64,000 bases of DNA, from assembly GCA_049320885.1 (NCBI GenBank), contig JBMORA010000001.1, positions 242,622 to 306,621 on the forward strand. The letters run 5' to 3'. Below, piece after piece: positions 40,332 to 49,300 of the stretch (position 1 is its first letter; every line of letters starts with the position of its first letter). This DNA comes from Thermodesulfobacteriota bacterium (GTDB taxonomy: Bacteria; Desulfobacterota; Desulfobacteria; Desulfobacterales; SURF-7). The translations under genes and the position numbers were made by a program. The notes beneath the pieces were generated by a model, which searched no databases, was not told the DNA's origin, and saw only the letters and a list, made by a program, of their open reading frames with translations.

Positions 40332-40801
40332 AAACGCGGTTGACATGGGCGGCGCTGCTGGTCGTCATCTGTCTGGTCTGGCTTGGCTGCGGGAAGAAAA
40401 CGCCACCGGTGTCGCCGACGGGCTTGAAGCTCCGGGCGGTGGAAGATCTGGCGGCGAAGGCGGAGGGCTGCAACGCAACCCTGAGCTGGACCATCCCCAG
40501 CGGCGGCGATGATGAACTGTTGACGGGATTCGACATTTACGGCGGCACGCAACAATTGTCCGGGCCCCTGTGTCCGGATTGTCCGGTGACGTTCTGGCGG
40601 ACCGACCGCCTGCGGTTGGATCAGCTGACCGCTGTTGAAAAAAGGGACGGCCGGATCGTTTACCGGAAAGCCTGCGAATGCGGGAACCGGTATTTTTTCA
40701 AGGTGGTCGGTTTTACCGACGGCAACGTCCTCAGCCCGGAGTCCAATGTCGTCCGCATTGAACTGCAACCACCGGCTGAAAAAGCCGGAACACCAAAATA
40801 A
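40328..40801 (+). CDS. Lipoprotein with Fn3-like beta domain
   Basis: Lipobox WLG-C then GKKTPPVSP; CPDCP; overlaps the argH stop. Confidence 0.7.
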   Translation: MKTRLTWAALLVVICLVWLGCGKKTPPVSPTGLKLRAVEDLAAKAEGCNATLSWTIPSGGDDELLTGFDIYGGTQQLSGPLCPDCPVTFWRTDRLRLDQLTAVEKRDGRIVYRKACECGNRYFFKVVGFTDGNVLSPESNVVRIELQPPAEKAGTPK

Positions 40802-40828
40802 TGGAGAGGTTTCATCCAGACGGGTCCA

Positions 40829-41344
40829 ATGCCGGATAACCATACCGCTTACGTTTCCTTCGGCTCCAACATGGGCGACCGGGAAACCAACTGCCGCCGC
40901 GGCGTCGAGGCCCTGTCCCGGACCAGGGGCGTGGCCGTCATGAAGCGTTCACCGCTCTATCAGACATCCCCGGTGGATTTTTTGGACCAGGGCTGGTTTG
41001 TCAACGGCGCCCTGAAGCTGAAAACGGCGTTGACGCCGTTTGAACTCCTCCGCGCCCTGAAAGAGATCGAGCGGTTTGTCGGAAGGGAAAAGCCGCTGGT
41101 CCGGTTCGGCCCCCGGGTCCTGGACATGGATATCGTTTTGTACGGCGCCGAGGTTGTCCATTCGCCCGAACTGGTGATCCCCCATCCGCGCATGCACAAA
41201 AGAAGTTTTGTATTGCAGCCGCTTTGTGATATAGATGCGGATATCATTCATCCGGTGTTCGGTAAGAGCATCCGGTATTTGCTGGATCACTTGCATGATG
41301 ACAGTCAGAAGGTTTGGTCCTTCCCATGTTCCGATTCATCCTGA
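40829..41344 (+). CDS. folK: 2-amino-4-hydroxy-6-hydroxymethyldihydropteridine pyrophosphokinase
   Basis: GSNMGDR, RFGPRVLDMDI and IPHPRMHKRSFVLQPL. Confidence 0.95.
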   Translation: MPDNHTAYVSFGSNMGDRETNCRRGVEALSRTRGVAVMKRSPLYQTSPVDFLDQGWFVNGALKLKTALTPFELLRALKEIERFVGREKPLVRFGPRVLDMDIVLYGAEVVHSPELVIPHPRMHKRSFVLQPLCDIDADIIHPVFGKSIRYLLDHLHDDSQKVWSFPCSDSS

Positions 41345-41586
41345 TCATCGCCATCGTTTACCTGGGGCTGAAAGTGTACAAAGCCTGGAAGGTATATCTA
41401 ACCGGTGCAAACCGGTCGATGAACGGGCAGGCGGCGCACCGGATCGATGATATCATGGTGAAGGATCCGTATTGCCAGGTATATTTCCCCAGGCGCAACG
41501 GCATCCGCGTGATGGAAGGCGGGCGGGAACTCCATTTCTGCAGCCGGGAATGCCGGGACAAGTACATGGAAATGAGAAAAAAATAA
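41326..41586 (+). CDS. Small membrane protein with YHS/TRASH-like metal motif
   Basis: TM, MVKDPYCQVYFP and HFCSRECRDKY. Confidence 0.75.
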   Translation: MFRFILIIAIVYLGLKVYKAWKVYLTGANRSMNGQAAHRIDDIMVKDPYCQVYFPRRNGIRVMEGGRELHFCSRECRDKYMEMRKK

Positions 41587-41616
41587 TCATTAGAAAGATT
41601 CAGGAGGTTGTATTCA

Positions 41617-42261
41617 ATGAAATTTTTTATCGACACGGCCAATATCGACGAAATCAAGGAAGCCCACCGCATGGGGATGGTGGACGGCGTGACCACCAAC
41701 CCCTCCCTGATCGCCAAGGAAGGCGGCAATTTTGAGACCATCATCCGGGACATCTGCGCCATCGTCGACGGGCCCATCAGCGCGGAAGTGCTCAGCCTGG
41801 AAACGGACGGCATGGTCACGGAGGCCCGCAAGCTGGCTGCCATTCACGAGAACATCGTGGTCAAGATCCCCATGACCGTGGACGGCATCAAAGCCACCCG
41901 CCTCCTGAGCGAGGAAAAGATCAAGACCAACGTCACATTGGTGTTTTCGCCGCTCCAGGCCCTGATGGCGGCCAAGGCCGGCGCCACCTATGTCAGCCCC
42001 TTCGTGGGCCGTCTGGACGACCTGTCCCAGGACGGATTGGTGCTGGTGGAACAGATCATTCAGATTTACGACAACTACGCCTTCGACACCGAGGTGATCG
42101 TGGCCAGCGTCCGGAATCCGCTGCACATCCTCGAATCGGCCATGATGGGGGCGGATATCGCCACCATTCCGTTCAATGTTCTGAGCCGCCTGGCCGCCCA
42201 TCCCATGACCGAGAAAGGCCTGGAGACCTTCTTGGCCGATTGGAAAAAAGCGAAAAAATAA
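41617..42261 (+). CDS. tal: Transaldolase / fructose-6-phosphate aldolase (short type)
   Basis: [19 protein letters not shown] and [11 protein letters not shown]. Confidence 0.92.
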   Translation: MKFFIDTANIDEIKEAHRMGMVDGVTTNPSLIAKEGGNFETIIRDICAIVDGPISAEVLSLETDGMVTEARKLAAIHENIVVKIPMTVDGIKATRLLSEEKIKTNVTLVFSPLQALMAAKAGATYVSPFVGRLDDLSQDGLVLVEQIIQIYDNYAFDTEVIVASVRNPLHILESAMMGADIATIPFNVLSRLAAHPMTEKGLETFLADWKKAKK

Positions 42262-42293
42262 GCAGGCTCGGAAAGCCTGACAGGACCGTGAAC

Positions 42294-42860
42294 ATGCTTC
42301 ATTGGGAACGCATTAAAAAAATCATCCAGAATCCGAATTTTCTGACTCTTTTCCGCATGGCCAGCAGCTTGTTCATCCTGTTGCTGCTGTTGCGCCCCAA
42401 CCGGCTGACGGCCTTTCTGGCGGCCCTGCTGTTCAGCCTGGCGGCGATCACCGATTTTTTTGATGGGTTTTTTGCCAGACGCTATGGCACGGTTTCCAAT
42501 TTCGGCAAGGCCATGGACCCGTTGGCGGATAAACTGCTGGTTTCCACCTCCCTGATCATGATGTCTTCCCACGGCTGGATTCCGGCCTGGATCGCCTGCA
42601 TCATCATCGGCCGGGAAATCGCCGTAACCGGACTGCGCAACGTCATCGCCGGCCGCGGGGAAGATATCGCCGCCTCCCTGCTGGGGAAATACAAAACCGG
42701 GTTTCAGATTGCAGCCATCATACCGTTATTGCTGCATTATCCATATTTCGGACTGCGCTTTCACCTCATCGGGATATGGCTGCTGTGGGGCGCCCTGATT
42801 TTCACCCTCTGGTCCGGGGCGGACTATTTTTACCGCTTCAGAAGACTTTTGGAAAAATAG
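42294..42860 (+). CDS. pgsA: CDP-diacylglycerol-glycerol-3-phosphate 3-phosphatidyltransferase
   Basis: PNFLT, TDFFDGFFARRYG..SNFGKAMDPLADK and GKYKT; pgsA-tRNA(Gly,Cys) context. Confidence 0.92.
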   Translation: MLHWERIKKIIQNPNFLTLFRMASSLFILLLLLRPNRLTAFLAALLFSLAAITDFFDGFFARRYGTVSNFGKAMDPLADKLLVSTSLIMMSSHGWIPAWIACIIIGREIAVTGLRNVIAGRGEDIAASLLGKYKTGFQIAAIIPLLLHYPYFGLRFHLIGIWLLWGALIFTLWSGADYFYRFRRLLEK

Positions 42861-42871
42861 TCGATTTGGTA

Positions 42872-42900
42872 TTGACAAGCATTTCATGACAGGTTAGAAA
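42872..42900 (+). promoter_or_regulatory. sigma70 promoter of the tRNA operon
   Basis: TTGACA-17bp-TAGAAA. Confidence 0.7.
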
Positions 42901-42913
42901 GGTTGCCTGTTGA

Positions 42914-42988
<75 letters not shown>

Positions 42989-43002
42989 TTTTTTTTGGTG
43001 CG

Positions 43003-43077
43003 GGCGGCATAGCCAAGTGGTAAGGCATCGGTCTGCAAAACCGACACTCTCCGGTTCAAATCCGGATGCCGCCTCCA
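43003..43077 (+). tRNA. tRNA-Cys (GCA)
   Basis: GGCGGCA acceptor stem, TCGGT-CTGCAAA-ACCGA anticodon arm, GTTCAAATC, CCA end. Confidence 0.97.
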
Positions 43078-43086
43078 AGGGTGATC

Positions 43087-43130
43087 AAGGCTTGCAAGGG
43101 AATCAAACCTTGCAAGCCTTTTTTGTTTTT
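43087..43130 (+). terminator. Intrinsic terminator after the tRNAs
   Basis: 13-bp stem AAGGCTTGCAAGG/CCTTGCAAGCCTT followed by a T tract. Confidence 0.85.
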
Positions 43131-43177
43131 CGGGACATCCAGTCCCAGACGGGGCAGGAAGGTCTCCTATCCTCCCT

Positions 43178-45970
43178 TCAGGACCCATTATCGGTTTCCA
43201 GGACTTCCCGAACTTTATTGGTCAGTGTTTGAATGGAAAATGGTTTCTGTAAAAAATGAACGCCTTCTTCGAGAACCCCATGGTGGGCGATGACATTGGC
43301 CGTGTATCCCGACATATACAGCGTTTTCAACCCCGGCCGGTCCAGCGACAGGGAGACCGTCAATTCCCGCCCGTTCATCTGCGGCATCACCACATCGGTA
43401 ATCAATAGATGAATGGGGCCGTTATGTTGCGATGCCATGTGTTGAGCCCCCATGGGCGTTCGAGCAGCCAGAACCGTATACCCGTATCGTTCCAGAATTG
43501 CCTTGCCGAGATTCAGGATTGACGGCTCATCCTCAACCAGCATGATCGTCTCGGTGCCGCCGGCGGGTTTCGGCAGCGGTTTGCCGCCTTCATCCCCCTC
43601 TTTTATCGCTGTCCGCGGCAAATAAATCTTGAATGCGGTCCCTTGGCCCGGTTCGCTGTATACGTTGATGAACCCGTTGTTTTGTTTCACGGCGCCATAA
43701 ATGGTTGCAAGCCCGAGCCCCGTTCCTTTTCCCAATTCTTTGGTGGTATAGAAGGGTTCAAAAAGATGTGCCATTGATTCCTTGTCAATGCCGCAGCCCG
43801 TATCGCTTACCGCCAGCAGTACATATTCACCGGGGATCACGCCGATTTGCGTCATGCAATAGGTTTCATCCAGAAGGGCATTTTCCGTTTCTATGGTCAA
43901 CGTCCCAGTTCCGTTGATGGCATCACGAGCATTGACAGCAAGATTGACCAGAATTTGATCGAGTTGGGAGGGATCCATCTTTATCGGCCAGATATTCGCC
44001 GCCGGCTTCCAGACCAGGTGGATATCCTCGCCGATGAGGCGTTGAATCATCTTGATCATGCCGCCTATGGTCTCATTCATATCCAGCTGTTTCGGGGCGA
44101 TGGTTTGTTTGCGCGCAAAGGCGAGGAGTTGCCGCGTCAAATCCGCCGAACGCTGTGCGCTCGTTAATACTTCATGCAAATGAAAATACACTGGCGAGTC
44201 CGGATCCATCTCCTCCATGGCCATTTCGGTGTTCCCGATGATGGCCATCAGCATGTTGTTGAAATCGTGGGCTACGCCGCCGGCAAGTCGGCCGACCGAC
44301 TCCATTTTTTGCGCCTGAAAAAGTTGCGCCTGGAGCTTGCTATGCTCCATCTCCGCCAGTTTCTGCTCCGTGATGTCCGAAGTCGTACCGAAGCCGACGA
44401 TGTTGCCGTCGGATGTCACGAATGCCGAGCCATGGGAGCGGACCCAGATGACCGAGCCATCCGGACGGCATAAGCGGTATTCCAGGGACTCGTTTTGTTT
44501 AACGGCGGTCAATCCCGTGGACAGCGTCTCCAAGACATCAGACAAATCATCTGGGTGGACATGGGAAAAATATTTTTCAAAACTGTTGCCGATGCTCCCT
44601 TGGGGCAAATTGAGCAGGCGGTCCGCCACGGGAGAAATATAACTGCCCACAAATTTCCCTTGGGTATCCACTTCATAACGCCAAACGACATCGCTGATAT
44701 TCGCAACGAGCTTATCGTATTGCTCCTTGCTGTTCCGCAGGGCTTCCTCTGCGCGTTTCTGTTCGGTAAGATCGATGCCCATACAGGTTACATCCAGGAT
44801 GGAACCGTTTTCATCCTTGGTCAGAACGTTCGACCACGCCACGTTGAGGCGGGCACCGGTTCGCGTCATAATTTCATTTTCGTAGTTGGAAAAACCCAAG
44901 GTATTTCGCGAATGCATGACGGAATTGAATACATGGCGAACTTCCGCCCGGCTGTTTGAGGGAATGAAACTGTCAAACCAGTCCGACCCGATGATCTCCT
45001 CCTCCCGCCAGCCGGTCAATTTCAAAAAATGATCGTTTGCGAAAATGATCCGTGCATCCGGGTCCAGGCTGATTCCGATCTGAGGAATCGTGACGAGGAT
45101 GTTCTTCCATTTGCGCTCGGATTCCCGCAAGGCTTCTTCGGCGCGTTTACGTTCGGAAATATCCTGAATAACGCCGGTGATTTTCACGGGACGCCCGAGG
45201 GCATCTTTTTCAAGCTCCGCGACGGAAATGATCGTTCTGCGCTGCTTTGTACCATGGGTGACTATGTCAAATTCCAGGTTATATTCTTGATCCTTTTCAA
45301 TCAGATCCACGAGCGCCTGGTGCACCCTTTCCCGCTCCGGGATACAGGTTTCAACCTCGTCGGTGCTGAAATCGTCCGCAGCCACGTCAAAACCATAAAT
45401 CCGTTTGGCCTCGTCCGATCCCCAGAAGCGGGTTGTTTCAAGGTCGTATTCCCAACTGCCCACATGCCCGATTGCCTGGGCTTTCCGATAGCGTCCTTCA
45501 CTTTCGACCAGTTCCTTTTCAATCCGTTTCTTTTCCGTGATATCGTTGTAGGTTATGACGACACCATGTCCTTCGATGGGAAGAGGCGCAGCCGTTACGT
45601 TGATCCAGGTGGTCGTGTTATTTGATCCAACGACTCCCATTTCGCAATCGGTTACGCATCGGTTTTCCTTTAGGGCGATGACGCTGGCCCATTCTTCGGG
45701 CGGCATTTCAGAGCCATCGGTGCGAACTATTTTCCATTCCGGCCCGCCGATGGTTCTGTCTTCATGTTCTTCCCTGCATACCCCCAAAAGCGTTTCCGCC
45801 ATGGCATTGGTTTCAAGAATTTTTCCCTCGGCATCGGAGACAGTGATGCCATGTGGAAATGAATGAAAGAGGGTCTGATACTTCTTGGCGGCGGTCTGAT
45901 ATAGAAGGACTTGCCGTTCCAGTTCGGCAACCCGTTGCGTAAGCTCTTCGTAGGTAGGCTCTCTTGACAC
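43178..45970 (-). CDS. Cytoplasmic multi-PAS hybrid histidine kinase
   Basis: Four PAS/PAC units, GGVAHDFNN, GTGLGLA and C-terminal REC; GGAGG RBS before GTG 45970. Confidence 0.92.
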   Translation of the reverse strand: MSREPTYEELTQRVAELERQVLLYQTAAKKYQTLFHSFPHGITVSDAEGKILETNAMAETLLGVCREEHEDRTIGGPEWKIVRTDGSEMPPEEWASVIALKENRCVTDCEMGVVGSNNTTTWINVTAAPLPIEGHGVVITYNDITEKKRIEKELVESEGRYRKAQAIGHVGSWEYDLETTRFWGSDEAKRIYGFDVAADDFSTDEVETCIPERERVHQALVDLIEKDQEYNLEFDIVTHGTKQRRTIISVAELEKDALGRPVKITGVIQDISERKRAEEALRESERKWKNILVTIPQIGISLDPDARIIFANDHFLKLTGWREEEIIGSDWFDSFIPSNSRAEVRHVFNSVMHSRNTLGFSNYENEIMTRTGARLNVAWSNVLTKDENGSILDVTCMGIDLTEQKRAEEALRNSKEQYDKLVANISDVVWRYEVDTQGKFVGSYISPVADRLLNLPQGSIGNSFEKYFSHVHPDDLSDVLETLSTGLTAVKQNESLEYRLCRPDGSVIWVRSHGSAFVTSDGNIVGFGTTSDITEQKLAEMEHSKLQAQLFQAQKMESVGRLAGGVAHDFNNMLMAIIGNTEMAMEEMDPDSPVYFHLHEVLTSAQRSADLTRQLLAFARKQTIAPKQLDMNETIGGMIKMIQRLIGEDIHLVWKPAANIWPIKMDPSQLDQILVNLAVNARDAINGTGTLTIETENALLDETYCMTQIGVIPGEYVLLAVSDTGCGIDKESMAHLFEPFYTTKELGKGTGLGLATIYGAVKQNNGFINVYSEPGQGTAFKIYLPRTAIKEGDEGGKPLPKPAGGTETIMLVEDEPSILNLGKAILERYGYTVLAARTPMGAQHMASQHNGPIHLLITDVVMPQMNGRELTVSLSLDRPGLKTLYMSGYTANVIAHHGVLEEGVHFLQKPFSIQTLTNKVREVLETDNGS

Positions 45971-46344
45971 CGGAAAGACCTCCAGATTGTAATGATGGCG
46001 GTTCTGAAAAAATCCGGAACAATTGATCTCAGGCTGGACAATTAACAATAAGGATCGGGTGAAACGGATGCAGGAAACTGTAAAATAGCCTGACAGGATA
46101 GCAAGTTAGCATTGCCTGCTCGTCCAAGCAAGAATAATGTTGGAACTGTTTGTCTGGATGAGATGAATCGCTGAAAATGAGATGGCCGTCACGAAACGGA
46201 AAAGTGGCGGAATCTCCAGCTTTGTGATAGCATGCGCCCCATCGCCCGTCGGCTTCCCGTCAGGGGCAGGCTGTCATCGTCTTCCGAACAACCGCAACCA
46301 TGCAAACGGGGATATCAGACCATATCCCCCCAAGGGGATTCGCA

Positions 46345-49300
46345 ATGAAAAAGACCGTCTTGGCGCTATGGCTCTTGGTTTTCACTTCCATCCTGTTCCC
46401 CGCCGGCTGTGAAAAAAAGGAGGAAGTCCAACCCATCGGCCCGCCCGATCCGAAAATCGTCTCGTATCATTCCGACGATCGCATCTCGCGGCAGGGACCG
46501 ATCAAGGTGGTTTTCACCAGCGATCTGGCAGCCCCCCACCTGATCGACCAGGTTCTGGAGCCGTCCCCGTTCACCTTCACTCCGGCCATCACTGGCAAGG
46601 CTCTTTTCCAGAACCCGCGGACCCTGGTCTTCATCCCCTCCCCCCGACTGCCCGGCGGAAATAATTTCGACGTCAGCGTCGATATGACGGCCTTTCTGCC
46701 CAAGGAAGCCGAGAACGCGGTTTTCGGTTTCAAGTTCCGGACCATCGAACCGGATTTCGACATCACCCATGACAATCTGGAACCGGTGGCCCCCGACAAA
46801 TTGCAGTTCCAGCGGCTCACGGGCAAGATCACCACGGCCGACACGGCCGAGGCCGGGGAAGTCGAAAAAGTCCTGAAGGCCGTCCAGGAAGGGAAAGCCC
46901 TTGCCGTCACCTGGACCCATGCCGGCGACAAACGCAGTCATCTCTTCACCGTGGACGGCATCCAGCGCGGCGAAAATCCCTCCCAGGTGGAGCTGACCTG
47001 GGACGGCGCTTCCATGGAGGTCAAGAAAACCGGGAAAGAAACCATCGAGGTACCGGCCCTGCAGGCGTTTTCCATGTCCGGTTTTCAGGTCCTGGAAAAA
47101 GAGGAGCGCCATCTCGCCGTCCAATTTTCCGACCCCCTGGAAAAAAATCAGGACCTGCGGGGTCTCATCCGCGTCGGTAATCTGACGGAACTGCGCTTTG
47201 AAATCATCGACAACAGTGTCCATATTTACAGCCTGACGGGTCTGTCCGGCAGCAACACCGTGTCGCTGGAACCGGGCATCCGCAACTCCATGGGCAAAAA
47301 ACTGCCGGAACCGGTTTCCTTCGAGGTGAATTTCGAGCCCATGAAACCCCAGGTCCGTTTTGCCGGCAAGGGGGTCATTCTGCCCACCTCCCGGGAACTC
47401 GTCCTGCCCATCGAAGCGGTCAACCTCCGGGCCGTGACCGTTTCGGCGCTCCACATCTACGAGACCAGCATCCCCCAGTTTCTTCAGGTCAACACCCTGG
47501 ACGGCGAGAAGGAACTGAAACGCGTGGGCCGGACGGTCTGGAAAAAGAAGATCCCCCTGGAAACGCCGCCGGACAAAAACAACCAATGGGTCCGCTACGG
47601 GCTGGATCTCGCGAGTCTCGTGGAAAAGAACACCCACGGCATTTTCCGTCTGCAACTCACCTTCGGCAGGGAGGACATCATCTACCCCTGCAAGGGCGAG
47701 CCGGCGCCCCTGAAAAACGCCGCCCCATCCGCCCTTCCCGATGCGACGGAAACGGACAGCGAGGACGACGAGCTGGAAGACAGCCTCTGGGATTCCGTTG
47801 AAAACTACTACGGGGATTCGGAATACGAGGATTCCTATGACCAGCGGACCAACCCCTGCAGCCGCAGCTATTACCGCAGGTATTACGACCATAACATCAC
47901 CGTGGCCCGCAACGTGCTGATCTCGGATATCGGCCTCATCGCCAAACGCGGGACGGATAAGATCCTTTTCGCGGCGGCCACCGGCATCCGCAGCGCCGCC
48001 CCCCTCGCGGGGGCCGAGCTGACGCTGCTGGACTACCAGCAACAGGTGATCAGCCAAGGCAAGACCGATGAGCAGGGCCTGGCGCGGCTGTCTTTCGAAC
48101 GCAAGCCCTACCTCCTGGTAGCGAACCAAAACGGCCAGACTGCGTATCTGCGGGTGGACGACGGACAGGCCCTGTCCCTGAGCCATTTCGACATCGCCGG
48201 CCAGGAAGTCACGGAGGGAATGAAAGGCTTCATCTACGGCGAGCGCGGGGTATGGCGGCCGGGCGACACCATTTTCCTGACCCTGATTCTCCTGGATGAA
48301 ACCCGTACCCTCCCGGCCACCCACCCGGTGGTCTTCGAACTGCGCAACCCCAAAGGCCAGATCGTCAAGACCCATCAGACCCGGGAGGCGTTGAACGGGT
48401 TTTACTGTTTTCAGACCGCCACCGCCGAAGACGCCCCCACCGGCACCTGGACCGTGCGCGCCAAGGCGGGCGGTGCCGTTTTCGAGAAAAGCCTGAGAAT
48501 TGAAACCGTGATGCCCAACCGCTTGAAAGTGAAGCTGGACCTGGGTCCCGAAGGCACGCAGCTCGAAGGCGGCACCATCCAGGGAGAACTTTCGGCCGCC
48601 TGGCTCCACGGCGCCATCGCCAAAAACCTGAAAAGCGATGTGGAATTGAATTTCAGCGCCGTCAAAACCACCTTTAAAAACCATGAGGAATATGTCTTTG
48701 ACGACCCCGCCCGGGAGTACCAACCGGAACGACAGACTGTTTTCGAAGGCAGCCTGGACGAAAACGGCCGGGTGGCGATCAAGGCCGAGATCAGCGCCAA
48801 AAATCTCTCCCCGGGGATGCTCAGCGCGGATTTCCGAACCAGGGTGTTTGAATACGGCGGCGCGTTCAGCGTCGATCGGGTCAGCTACCCCTATCATCCG
48901 TATCAGCGCTATGTGGGCCTGCGTCTTCCACCCGGAGACAGCGCCCGGAACATGCTGCTGACCGACACCAGGCACCCGGCCCGTATCGTCCTCCTGGATC
49001 CCCGGGGGAAACCGGTTCCCAAAGGCCGGGTCAAGGTCGAGCTGGCCAAAATCAAATGGCGCTGGTGGTGGGACAAGGGCGCCGATGAACTGGCCGGTTT
49101 TGCCTCGGGGGACGAGTATCGGCCCATGGCTGCCACGGAGCTGGAGGTCGTGAACGGCCAGGCCGAATGGCCTTTTGAAATCAAGTATCCGGAATGGGGA
49201 CGTTTCTTCGTCCGGGTCACGGATCTGGAAGGCGGTCATTCCACCGGCCGGACCTTTTACGCGGATTGGCCCGGCTGGGCCGGCAGAGGCCGGCAGGACA

